In this document: piece by piece, positions 11,100-22,200 of the stretch
How positions within the stretch are numbered: the first letter of the stretch is position 1
How the letters are laid out: each line of letters begins with the position of its first letter
Assembly: GCA_046562895.1 (NCBI GenBank)
Contig: CM102164.1
Location: 32,843,842-32,907,841, forward strand
Direction of reading: 5' to 3'
Length of the DNA: 64,000 nt
From: Trichechus inunguis
Taxonomy: Eukaryota
Notes under the pieces: generated by a model
The model's database searches: none
Told to the model about the DNA's origin: nothing
The model's input: only the letters and a program-made list of their open reading frames with translations
Position numbers and translations under genes: made by a program

Positions 11100-12000
11100 G
11101 AATAGCATTAGATTTATGTTTTAAATAGATTAACTGAAGACCTCCAACAGGAGAGTTCCATCCTGTGTTATCTTGCTAATCATGTATTCTCTAATAGAAT
11201 ATTGGTTGTCACATGCAAATTTTTCTGTATTTTCTGTTTCCTGTAGACCAACTTTGGGTACTCCTTATGGATGTATGTTTTTGTGTGGTGGATCCAACTA
11301 TGCTAGCTTTGATCCCTTTCCAACTGACAGTGAATTTACGTAGGCAATCTCTTGTTTAGATTCCTGGCAAATGCATAGTCAATACACCTTGGGAATTTTA
11401 GGATTACCTTTAGATATTCATAGTAATGATGCTAGTAAATATTGGAAAGGTAACGTTAAATTGTTACACACGATAAAATAAGAGTCAGAAGAAAACCCAT
11501 TGGTACAACACTCAGGTTATGGTTGGTAGCTTTAATTCTTACTTATGGTATAGCTGAATTGGAGAAATCTTTACGAAATTCGGCAATCACTATAGGACAA
11601 ATAGCAGACGAATTTGCAAATGGGATGGAAACACAACAGCGACCTCTGACCTCATTAGCCAAGGTGACATGAGATAACAAAATAGCCTTAAATTTTTTAT
11701 TAGCCCAAGAAAGTGTAGTCTGTGCTGTAGCAAATACCTCTTGCATTCAGACAAATAATACAGAAAAGTAAAACGGGATACAGCAAGCTATTTGGTTACA
11801 CACTGTAACACCCTTACAAACACCAGATTTATTTGGTTATTTACCATCAAAAATAAATACATGAGCTAAATTGCTATTGCAAGGAATAGTAATATTCTTA
11901 GTCTGCATCCTGATAGTATTAACGCATAATAAAGCTTATATTCTATTGTCTCACACACTTAAGAAGGCCTCAGGCTAAAATGTTGATGCACTTTGAGTTT
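11100..12000 (+). pseudogene. Endogenous retrovirus env remnant: SU C-terminus, furin-type cleavage site, TM with fusion-peptide-like segment, heptad/CX6C region and membrane anchor. Disrupted by stops.
   Basis: Frame starting at 11481 translates to RVRRKPIGTTLRLWLVALILTYGIAELEKSLRNSAITIGQIADEFANGMETQQRPLTSLAKVT*DNKIALNFLLAQESVVCAVANTSCIQTNNTEK*NGIQQAIWLHTVTPLQTPDLFGYLPSKINT*AKLLLQGIVIFLVCILIVLTHNKAYILLSHTLKKASG*. The RVRR basic site, the following hydrophobic stretch, the LEKSL heptad and NKIALNFLLAQESVVCAVANTSC (C-X6-C) match the architecture of retroviral TM proteins. A hydrophobic anchor LLQGIVIFLVCILIVL is followed by a short tail. Three in-frame stops are present. Confidence 0.5.
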
Positions 12001-12478
12001 GCTCACTTTGGCAATGAGATTGATGGGAATGTTGTTCTTACTTAAGATCCTGGTGAAGAACCAGATGGTATCTAGTGGAAAACTAGTTCTGTGAGTTTAA
12101 AGAGCCTGCTGTGGCTGCCATCTAGGAGCTCGACTAGGACCAGGTATTAATCGTCAATGTGTTATCTCCAATCTCCGATCAAAGGAAAAGAATGATTTAG
12201 GAGATAATATTGAAGCCATTATTCCTGTCCTTGAGGAAAAAGAATGTGACCCAGCTGGAGCTGGACTCACAAGGACTCACAAAGACATATCAACTGGGCC
12301 CTGAGGTATAAAGACAATAGCTAGGACAATCTTAGAAAACATCTTTTAAGGAAACATCCACATAAACAGGCATAAAACCCACTCTTATCTTTTTCTTTTA
12401 GCATTTAGTGAATAGTCAGTTGTAAACCATACTACATAGGCAAGAATCCTATGTACCTCTCCATCCAACTTACTGACT

Positions 12479-12985
12479 AAAAGAAGAGGGGGTACCATTC
12501 CTAGGCCCGATATTTGCCCTTTCCCCAAGAACATGCCAAAGAATTCTGAGCTGGGCTATAGTTTAAAATGGACGCTTGTCCTGAATGACCAATGTCCAAA
12601 AAGAAAAACGAAGGTCCCCAGGCCGCGGAAAATTCCACTGCCTCAAGCAGCTTGCTTGGCCTGCCTCACAACTTTGCATTAGAATCCTAGCTCCTTTGCT
12701 TGGCTGCCCTGTAAAAATCCTGGTGATGCATGAAGTTATATGTAAGCCCCATTGTGCCTCTCTAGTATGGTTAAGAACGTTGCTGACGTAACTTGTATGA
12801 ACTCCCTACTTGTAAATCCCTTAAAAATAACATTGCCTTCGTGGAGCAGTCTTGGCAGCAGCAGCTCCGACTGCCTGTTTTCTTTGTGCAACGAAATAAA
12901 GGTACCTTTCTGCTCTCCCACCTCATTTATTGGCCAATATGAGTCATGCTGAGCAGAACCTCAGGTTTCCACCAGATAACATTTC
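12479..12985 (+). mobile_element. ERV polypurine tract (12479-12496) and putative 3' LTR (about 12497-12985) with AATAAA signal
   Basis: aaaagaagagggggtacc (a purine run of the PPT type) lies about 480 bp downstream of the env stop. The following block contains gctgacgtaacttgtatgaactccctacttgtaaatccc and cgaaataaaggtacctttctgctctcccacctcatttattggcc, a U3-R-like layout with a poly-A signal at 12894-12899. No second LTR copy is found in the window. Confidence 0.4.
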
Positions 12986-14884
12986 GAGCAGAGGCCCCTC
13001 TCATCTCCTGGAAAAATAACCAAATGTGGACAGATGCTCTGGCCCATTCAGGAGACTGTCCAGAATAAGATGAGGATACCTTTTCTGAATACTGCTTCTG
13101 CCCCTGCCACCCCTAATCCTTTACACAATCCCATGTATCTTCTTGGCCAAGGGATTGAACTCAGTAAAAATATGTGAACAAAAGTCTCCCTTATCCTTAA
13201 AACATCATTGACCAGACAAGTGTGTATATGCCTAAATGTGTTTGTAACTCAGATCAAAACAAAACACCTCTTGAAAAACCTCACACAAAACAAATATCCA
13301 ATGACATGAACAAAATCACATGGATGAGTTCACTACGCTCTGGTGACACCTTTCCTTGGCATTCCTTAAACTCTGAAGCATCCACTTGGGCCTTGTATCC
13401 ACACATAAGTAACATTCCTGACTCCTCTCCAAGGGTTTCATGGTCACATGTTATAAAATTTGGGAGAGCAGTTGTAAACATCCCAACATCATGGACTTTG
13501 ATTCTGCCTTTCTAGTTATAGTTTCCCCTAACTCAGGGTCTGAACATAGGGAAGGAAAGAGTGAGTGAGAGAACCAACAAGTGAGTGCCCCATAGCAGTG
13601 AAGGAGGAAAGAAGAGAAGCTCTTCAGGAGGTAAGGAGAATGGGCAATAGCAGTCTGGCCATGGTAAGAGACACTTGCCCTTTCTCTCCTACTCAGATTC
13701 TAGCTGAGCTTCCTTCTGAAGCAGAGAACTGATGAACTAGTGGGCTAGATAGTTTCTTGCTATTTCTGCTTCATGGCTCTGACCACCCATTCCCTCCCCC
13801 ATACCACCCACGCTTAGGAACCTACTATGACTAGCAGTTGAATAGAGCTTTAGAATTTAGAAAAAGCTTTCACATTTTTTATCTTGTTGCATCCTAATAG
13901 CAGTCAGCACGGTTTGTCACCCAGTTCTGGTTCCTTCTACTCCACTGGCAACTCCTTTTCTTTCTCTTTCATTGGCTCCCCTTTCGCTGCTAGTGCTCTT
14001 GCATCAGAGTGCCCCAGGCTCTATCTTTCATCTCTTCCGTTTCCTACCCTACTGTTTATCTGAGTGTGCTCATCAAGTACCATGCCTTTAAAGACCACAT
14101 ACATGATGACTGACACATTTCTGTCCTTAGCCTTGATTTCCTTAGCCAGCTGCCTTTGCCTTATCTCCATAGGTGCATGTAACAGGCATATAAAACTGAA
14201 AATATGCAAACAGAACTGTTGATTACCCTCCTGAGATCTGTTCCTCCCCAGGTCTTCTTCACCTTTGTAAAAGAACTAGGAGTCAGAAAACACTAGAAGT
14301 ATCTGAAACCACAAAACTTGGAGTCAGCCTTGATTTCTCTCTTTTCTTCATATCTCACATCCAGTTCATCATCAAATTCTTTTAACTTTTCCTCTAAAAT
14401 TCATCCTGAATCTACCCACTTCCTTCCATCTTTACTACTACCAGCCCAAGTCAATCCACCACTGTCTCTGATCTAGACAGTTGCAACAACCTCTTAACTA
14501 GACTCTGCTTCTACTCTTGCACCCAAAAACAAATCCTCAGTAACAGGTGAATCTTTTAAAAGTGCAAATCACATGCTTACAAGCTTCAAAGGCTTTCTCC
14601 GCAGGATACAGTAATAAAATTTTGTATGACCTACTCTCTTGCTACATCATCAAGCTCATCTCCTAACCCCTTCACTGTGTTGCATCCACCCTAACTTTTT
14701 CAATGTTTTTGAATATGCCAAGCTGCAACCAGTCTCTACTTCACACTTGTTTTTCCACTTCCTGGAGTCCTTTCCCGTAAATATCCTCATGGTTCACTCA
14801 TTGCATCACTTGGTCTTGCTAAGATATGCCTTCCTAGACATGCCACCTTAGCTGAAGTAGTGTCTCACCTTCCTGGTTGCATTC

Positions 14885-15228
14885 TATTTTGTTTGGCTAT
14901 TTTTTTTTTATTGTGGTAAATATATATGTAACAAATCATTTGTCTTTTCAACATTCACATATACAATTCAGTGACATTAGTTATGTTTATCATGTTGTTC
15001 AGCTATTACTGTTATCCATTGACAAATTTCTCAATCACTCTTAACAGAAGCTCAGTATCCCCTAAGCAGTGAGTCCCTCTTTTCCCCTCCCTTCCACTCA
15101 CCCCTAGTAACCACTAACGAACTTTGGTCTCTATGTACTTGCTTATTCTAGGTAACTTCATATAAGTAGAATCGTACAATATTTCTCCCTTTGTGACTGA
15201 CTTACTTCACTCAGCATAATGTTTTCAA
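14885..15228 (-). mobile_element. Old L1 3'UTR plus ORF2 C-terminal fragment (antisense), interrupted at its upper end by an AfroSINE
   Basis: (T)11attgtggtaaatatatatgtaacaaa...cacatatacaattcagtgacattagttatg...cttcatataagtagaatcgtacaatatttctccctttgtgactgacttacttcactcagcataatgttttcaagg. The last part is the antisense of the conserved ORF2 end ...LSEISQ.QKDKYCMI.L. Confidence 0.7.
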
Positions 15229-15433
15229 GGAGTCGCTGGGTGGTGCAGATGGTTAAACACTGGGCTATCAACTGAAATGTTGGCAGTTCGAACACACACA
15301 GAGGCACCTCGGAACTAAGGCATGGAGATGTGCTTTTGAAAGATCACAGCCTTGAAAACTCTTTGGAGCAGTTTTATTCTGCACACTTGGGGTTGCCATG
15401 AGTCAGAATCAACTCAATGGCACCTGCAATGCT
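15229..15433 (+). mobile_element. AfroSINE
   Basis: ggagtcgctgggtggtgcagatggttaaacactgggctatcaactgaaatgttggcagttcgaacacacacagaggcacctcggaa...ttggggttgccatgagtcagaatcaactcaatggcacctgcaatg. Confidence 0.85.
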
Positions 15434-15611
15434 GCAGGTTTCTCTTTATATGTGGCCTTTCTGGCCCTGGGTTTGTAGTTTTGCCAAGATGATTTGCTAA
15501 GCCACAGTCTTGCAAAGGGAATGTACAGTTTACTATGCAAATAATGTGCATAAACCCTTGCAGGGATTGGACAGTTGACTATGCAAATAAAGTGCCTGAG
15601 GCCTACTGAAA

Positions 15612-15800
15612 GGAGCCCTGGTGGTGCAGTGGTTAAGTGCTGGGCTGCTAACCAAAAGGTTGGCAGTTTGAACCCACCAGGTTCCCCACAGGAGAACGAT
15701 TACAGCCTTGGAAACTCTATGGGTCAGTCTTACTCTGTCCTACATGGTCACTATGAGTCGGAGTCGACTTGACAGCAGTGGGTTTCAGATTTTTGGTGGC
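15612..15800 (+). mobile_element. AfroSINE
   Basis: ggagccctggtggtgcagtggttaagtgctgggctgctaaccaaaaggttggcagtttgaacccaccag...ctctgtcctacatggtcactatgagtcggagtcgacttgacagcagtgggtttcag. Confidence 0.9.
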
Positions 15801-16639
15801 CTACTGAGGGGATTGGTCAGTGTGTGGTCTTGGTGGAGGAGTAGGCTTATAAAAGGGCTAATCCCACAGAGGTTGAGGGGGACCTCACTACCATCGAGAA
15901 GAACTTGGAGCAGAGCATGTCCTTTGGACCCAAGGTCCCTGGGCTGAGAACCTCTTAGACCTGAAAGAGAGACAGCTGTAACACTGAAGACAGCAGCAGC
16001 AGGAGATGGCAGCAGCTGGAGATGGCAGGGGCATAAGATGGCAGATGGCTGCAGTGGGCTCACTGATCCATGGAGAGAGAGAGCTGAGTGCTTTGGGCAG
16101 GAGCCTTGCTGTGGAGTGGGGTGCCTCTGGGCACTTAACAGTAGAGCTAATAGAGCTATAGACTTGCCTGAGCAAGGCAGGCTAGGCCCGAGTGGGGCCT
16201 AGTGGTAGGGGCCAGGCTGAGAAGTGAGGCCTGGGGACGAGAGAAAGCTAAGAGCTGTCCTGGTTAAAAGCTGTCCTGATTGATGAACTTTATCCTTTCT
16301 CCTGAGTTTTTCCTGTTACTTCCAAGTTGATCATGATCCTGAATTGTAACCTGTTACATCTTTAATAAACACCGTAACTGTGAGTATGGTCTGTGAGTTC
16401 TGTGTGGCCATTGTAACAAGTTATCAAACCCAGCCAAGAAATGCCATGGGAGGAACAGCTGGTGTCAGAATTGGTAAAAAGGTTGGAGAATGGAGGTATG
16501 TTTGACCTCCACCTCATAGGAGTCAGCTTTGGGCTAATGGTTCTTCTCATTCCCCCTCCTGAAGATAGGTGACTTCTGACACTACTATATTATAGCAAAT
16601 AACTAACTACCTAACTAACAACAACAAAGTTTTCAAGGT

Positions 16640-16900
16640 TCATCCATGTATCATGTATCAGGACTTCATTTCTCTTCTGAGTAATATTCCATTATATATA
16701 TGTACCACATTTTATTTATCCATTAATCTGTTGATGGACGCTTAGACTCTTTCCACATTTTGGCTATTGTGAATAGTGCTGCAGTGAACACTGGTGTACA
16801 TGTACCTGTTTGCATACCTGCTTTCAATTCTTTTGGGTATGTATCTCAGAGGGTGATTGCTGGATCATATAGTAATTCTACGTTTAATTTTTTGAGGAAC
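16640..16900 (-). mobile_element. L1 ORF2 C-terminal region fragment (antisense)
   Basis: ggttcatccatgt..taccacattttatttatccattaatctgttgatggacgcttag..ggctattgtgaatagtgctgcagtgaacactggtgtacatgtacc..gggtatgtatctcagagggtgattgctggatcatatagtaattctacg is the standard antisense pattern of the ORF2 C-terminal third. Confidence 0.65.
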
Positions 16901-16939
16901 TGTGTTGTGCTATTTTTTATAGCACTTATCATTATCTGA

Positions 16940-17455
16940 AGTTATTTCATTTCTTTAATTGCATATATACATATATATATAGTGGTGAGAATATACACAA
17001 CAAAACATTCACCAATTCAAAAGCTTCTACGTGTACAATTCGATGACATTGATTACACTCGTCACATTGCACAACCCATACCCCTATCTTTTTCCTAATT
17101 CTTCTACCACCATTAACATAAACTCAGTAGCCCCTAAGCAAAAACTTCTCATTTCCTCCTCCCTCCCTCCCACCTCTGGAAACCACTAATAAGCTTTGAT
17201 TTCTATATATTTACTTATTTCATGTAAGTGAGCTCATACAGTATTTGTACTTTTATGTTTGACTTATTTAACTCAGCATAATGTTGTCAAGGTTCGCCTA
17301 TGTTGTGGCTTGCTTGTACAAGAACGTTATTTTTCTTTTTGGCTGAATAATATTCGATTGTATACCACATTTTGTTCATCTATTCATCTGTTTATTAACA
17401 TTTATGTTGTTTCCACCTTTTGGCTATTGTGAAAGGTGCTACAATAGACATTGGT
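16940..17455 (-). mobile_element. L1 3'UTR plus ORF2 end (sense on the minus strand)
   Basis: Minus ORF 17395..17619 ends ...YIPRSRIAGPMSIVAPFTIAKRWKQHKC. The plus strand reads ataccacattttgttcatctattcatctgtt...ggctattgtgaaaggtgctacaatagacattgg (antisense of TDEWINKMW..). Confidence 0.7.
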
Positions 17456-17700
17456 CCGGCAATCCTACTCCTAGGAATGTACCTTAGAGATCTAAAAGTA
17501 GTGAAACAAACAGATATATGCACTTCTATGCTCATTGCAGCTTTATTCACAATAGCAAAAAAATGGGAACAACGGAAGTGTCCAACAGCGAATGAATGGA
17601 TAAGCAAAATGTAGTGCATATGTACAGCGGAATACTACAAAACTATAAAAAAAAATTATAACATGGATGGACCTGGAGGACGTAATGCTAAGTGAAATAA
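17455..17700 (+). mobile_element. L1 ORF2 C-terminal fragment (sense on the plus strand), head-to-head with the preceding L1 piece
   Basis: Plus ORF 17420..17614 reads ...AILLLGMYLRDLKVVKQTDICTSMLIAALFTIAKKWEQRKCPTANEWISKM, continuing to ..WMDLEDVMLSEISQA at 17650-17700. It is cut at 17701 by the RTE 3' end. Confidence 0.7.
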
Positions 17701-19290
17701 GTCAAGCACGTTGTTGTTAGGTGTCATCGGGTCAGTTCAGATTCATAGCAACCCTATGTACAACAGAACAAAACACAGCGAGGTCCTGCGCTATCCTCAC
17801 AATCGTTGCTATGTTTGAGCCCATTGTTGCAGCCACTGTGTCAATCTATCTCGTTGAGAGTCCTTCTCTTTTTTTACTGACCCTCTACTTTACCAAGCAT
17901 GATGTCTTTCTCCAGGGACTGGTCCCTCCTGATAACATGTCCAAAGTAAGTGAGATGAAGTCTTGCCATCCTTGCTTCCAATGAGCATTCTGGCTGTACT
18001 TCTTCCAAGACAGATTTAGTCATTCTTCTGCAGTCCATGGTATATTCAATATTCTTAGCCAACATCGTAATTCAAGTGCATAAATTCTTCTTCCATCTTC
18101 CTTCCTTATTCATTGTTCAGCCTTTGCACGTATATGAGGTGATGGAAAATACCATGGCTTGGGTCAGGTATTCACCTTAGTCCTCAAAGTGACATCTTTG
18201 CTTTTTAACATTTTAAAGAGATTTTTTGCAGCAGATTTGCCCAATGCAATCGCATGTTTGATTTCTTGACTGCTGCTTTCATGAGTGTTGATTGTTGATC
18301 AAAGTAAAATGAAATCCTTGACAACTTCAATCTTTTCTCTGTTTATCATGATGATGCTTATTGGTCCAGTTGAGAGGATTTTTGTTTTTTTTATGTTGAG
18401 GCTGAAGTCTTTATTCATCAGTAAGTGCTTCAAGTAATCTTTGCTTTCAGCAAGCAAGGTTGTGTCATCTGCATGAAGCAGGTCGTTAATGAGTCTTCCT
18501 CCTATCCTGATGCTGCATTCTTCTTTATATAGTCCAGCATACAGAATGAATAAGTGTGGTGAAAGGATACAACCCCGACACACACCTTTCCTGACTTTTA
18601 ACCACCCAGCATCCTCTTGTTCTGTTGGAAAGACTGCGTCTTGGTATATGTACAGGTTCCTCATGAGCACAATTAAGTGTTCTGGAATTCCCATTCTTCA
18701 CAATATTATCCATAGTTGCTATGATCCACACAGTGAATGTCCTTGCATAGTCAATAAAAGATAGGTAAACATATTTCTGGTATTCTCTGCTTTCAGCCAA
18801 GATCCATCTGACATCAGCAATGATATCCCTTGTTCCATGTCCTCTTCTGAAACTGGTTTGAATTTCTGGTAGCTCCTTATTGATGTACTGCGGCAACCAT
18901 TTTTGAATTAACTTCATCAAAATTTTATTTGCTTGTGATATTAATGATATTGTTTAATAATTTCTGCATTCTGTTGGATCACTTTTCTTTGGAATGGGCA
19001 CAAATATGGATCTCTTCCAGTAGATTGGCTAGGTAGGTGTTGCTCAAATTTCTTGGCATAGATGAGTGAGGCTTTCCAGCGTGGCATCTGTTTGTTGAAA
19101 CATTTGAATTGGTATTCCAGTAATTCCTGGAGCCTTGTTTTTTGCCAACGCCTTCAGTGCAACTTGGACTTCTTCCTTCAATACCATTGGTTCTTGATCA
19201 CGTACTATCTCCTGAAATGGTTGAACGTCAACCAATTCTTTCTGGTACAGTGACTCGGTATTCCTTCCATCTTCTTTTGTTGCATCCTGG
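17701..19290 (-). mobile_element. RTE/BovB-type LINE (RTE1-like), 3' about 1.6 kb, 5' truncated
   Basis: Begins with the RTE 3' terminus (antisense) ttgttgttaggtgtcatcgggtcagttcagattcatagcaaccctatgtacaacagaac. Minus ORFs: 18299..18694 (MGIPEHLIVLMRNLYIYQDAVF..LLHADDTTLLAESKDYLKHLLMNK..), 18525..18920 (..RGHGTRDIIADVRWILAESREYQKYVYLSFIDYARTFT..) and 19044..19290 (..KELVDVQPFQEIVRDQEPMVLKEEVQVALKALAKNKAPGITGIP..) give an RTE-clade RT with frameshifts. Confidence 0.85.
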
Positions 19291-19298
19291 TTGTTCAA

Positions 19299-22200
19299 TT
19301 TTTTTTTTTTTTTGATCTCACATAGATAATTCTTTTTTTTTTTTTTTTTTTGGTACTTAGATGAAGGTTTGCAGAACAAATAGTTTCTCATTAAACAGTT
19401 AGTACACATATTGCCCTACGACAATGGTTAACAACCCCATGACATGTCAACGCTGTCCCTTCTCAAACTTGGGTTCCTTATTATCAGGTTTCCTGTCTCT
19501 TCCTGCCTTCTAGTCCTTGTCCCTGGACTGCTATGCCTCATTAATCCTGTTTTGTTTTATGAGGCTGTCCAATCCTTGACTGAACGGTGAACTTCACTGA
19601 GCTAAAACGGTATCTGGGGGCCATACTCTCGGGGTTTCTCCAGTCTCTCAGGCCAATAAATCTGGTCTTTTTTTGTGAGTTAGAATTCTGTTCTACATCC
19701 TTTTCCAGCTCTGTCCAGGACCCTCTATTTTGATCCCAGTCAGAGCAGTCAGTGGTGGTAGCCAGGCACTGTCTAGCTGTACTGGAGTCAGTCTGGTGGA
19801 GGCCATGGTAGCTGAGGTCCATTAGTCCTTTGGACTAATCTTTTCCTTGTATCTTGTTCTCTTCTTTCTCCCTTGTTCCCAAAAGGGTGAGACCAGTGGA
19901 GTATCCTAGATGGCTGCTCATAGGCTTTTAAGACCCTGGACGCTACTCACCAAGGTAGAGTGTAGAACATTGTCTTTATAAACTGTGTTATGCCAATTGA
20001 GCTAGATGTTCCCCGAGTCCATGGTCCCCACAGCCCTCCGCCCAGAAATTCAGTCCCTCAGGGAGTTTGGAAGTGTCTGTGGAGCTTCCATGATCTTTCC
20101 TTGTACAAGTTGTGCTGGCTTCCCCAGTAATGTGTACTGTCTTACCCTTCACCAAAGTTACCACTTATCTATTTAGTTCCTCCCATCCCTCGTAACCAAC
20201 AAGATTGTTTCTTTTTGTGTGTAAACTTTTACATGAGTTATACATTAGAGGTCTCATACAATATTTGTCCTTTTGTGATTGACTTATTCCACTCAGCATA
20301 ACATCCTCCAATTTCATCCATGTTATGAGATGCTTCACAGATTCATCATTGTTCTTTATCTTTGTACAATACACCATTGTGTGTATGTACCATAGTGTGT
20401 TTATCCCTTCATCTGTTCATGGGCATCTAGATTGTTTCCATCTTTTTGCTATTATGAACAGTGCTTCAAATGAATATGGGTGTGCATATGTCTGTTAGTG
20501 TCACGACGCTTATTTCTCTTGGATATATTCCTAGGAGTGGGATTGCATTTTGTAGTGCTTTGTTTTGTGTTGCTGACGTTTTCTTGTTCCTCTTACTCTC
20601 CTGTGCTGACTTCCTTTTGTTTGTGGATTTTTTTTCATTTCTTTTGTTTTTGTACATTTTGTTTTTACTGAGACTTTGTTTTTCTTCTCTATTTTGATGA
20701 GTAGGTTTGTTAACTTTCTTTGTGGTTACCTTGAAATTTACCCTTATCTTCCTGGATTTGAACCAGTCTATTATTACTTGGTATCACTTGTCTTCCTCTC
20801 CACTAGAAGGTTCTATACCTACACCGTTTATTCCTTCTTTTATTGTTCTGATGCTGTTGTCATTTACAGATTAACCTCTCTGGTTCCATTTTGTAATTCT
20901 TTTGGTTTTGCATAGTCCTTAAGAGTTCATTTCCTAGGTTGGTATCTGGCTAGTACAATCCTGTGTCCTATATTCAGCCTGTGGTCTGATATTTTTTGTT
21001 CTCAGATCAAAAGACTTCCTTTAATAAGTCTTGTAACTTCAGTTTAGTTTTTACATAGTCCCTTAATTTCTGTTTATCTGGAAATGACCTAATTTCACCA
21101 TCATATTTGAGCCAGAGTTTTGCAGGATATATTAATCTTGGCTGGCAATTTTTTTCTTTCAAGGTTTTATATATGACATCCCATTGCCTTCTTGCCTGTA
21201 TGGTTTCTGCTGAATAATCCAAGCTTAGTCTTATTGTTTCTCCTCTGTATGTGACTTTTTTTTCTCGAGCTGCTCTCAGGATTCTCTGTCTTTGGTTTTA
21301 GTGAGTGTGATTATGATATGCCTTGGTGATTTTCTTTTGGGGTCTATCTTATATGGGGTTCATTGAGCTTCTTGGATGGTCAGCTTTTCATCTTTCATGA
21401 TATTGGGGAAGTTTTCTGTCAGCAATTCTTCAATGATCCTCTCTGTGTTTTCTGTTTTCTCCCCCTGTTCTGGAACTCCGATCACTTGTAGAGTTTTGCT
21501 TTTGATTGTATCCCACATAATTCTCAGGGTTTCTTCATTTTTCTTTGTTCTTTTTTCTGAGTTTTCCTCAAACAGAGTTGGATACAAGTGTTTGTCTTCA
21601 ATTTTGCTGATCCTATCTTCCATCATTTCAAACCTGCTCCTCAGCCCTTCTGACACTGTCCATTTCTGAAATCTTGTTTATCTTTTGGATTTCTAATTGT
21701 TGTTTTTGTATGATTTCTAGTTGTGAATTTACTGTAGCATTTTGTTTTGGTATTAATTTCTTGAATTCTTCCGTTTTTTGGTCTGTATTTTCCATGAATT
21801 TGTCTATTTTTTCCTCATTTTTGTCTGGTTTTTTTTTGCTTCAACTCTTGGATAATTCTGAATATTAGGGATTTGAATTCCCTATCAGTTAGGTCTAGTG
21901 TCTTTTCTTCTACTGTAAGGTCATCTGGTGTTTTTATTTTGGACACCTACTGGAACCATCCTGTTTTGTTTTTGTAAATGTTTTGATATTGTCTGCTGTC
22001 TTCAGGACATTCAGTGGTTATTTTCCTCGTTTATAGATTGTAGATTTGTTTCTTTTGTCCTGCTTTTTGTTTTATTTGGTTATGTCTGAGCAGTCAGACT
22101 GTGCATTCTTTGTTGTTTGCTCGTCTGTGGGCATGAAACTTTTCACCTCCTTCTCCAATGGGCAGGGTCAGTCACTCAGGTATGGTACAACAGGGCAGGT

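Noticed and set aside
15800-16560. Patchwork region with a Y-like fragment (15850-15960) and an aataaacaccgtaactgtgagt motif (16370)
   Set aside because: Fragments are too short and diverged for me to assign a family or boundaries by eye. Left unannotated.
16940-17700. L1 twin-priming inversion
   Set aside because: Both arms cover the same L1 coordinates with a large overlap and belong to diverged subfamilies, so a single twin-primed insertion is unlikely.
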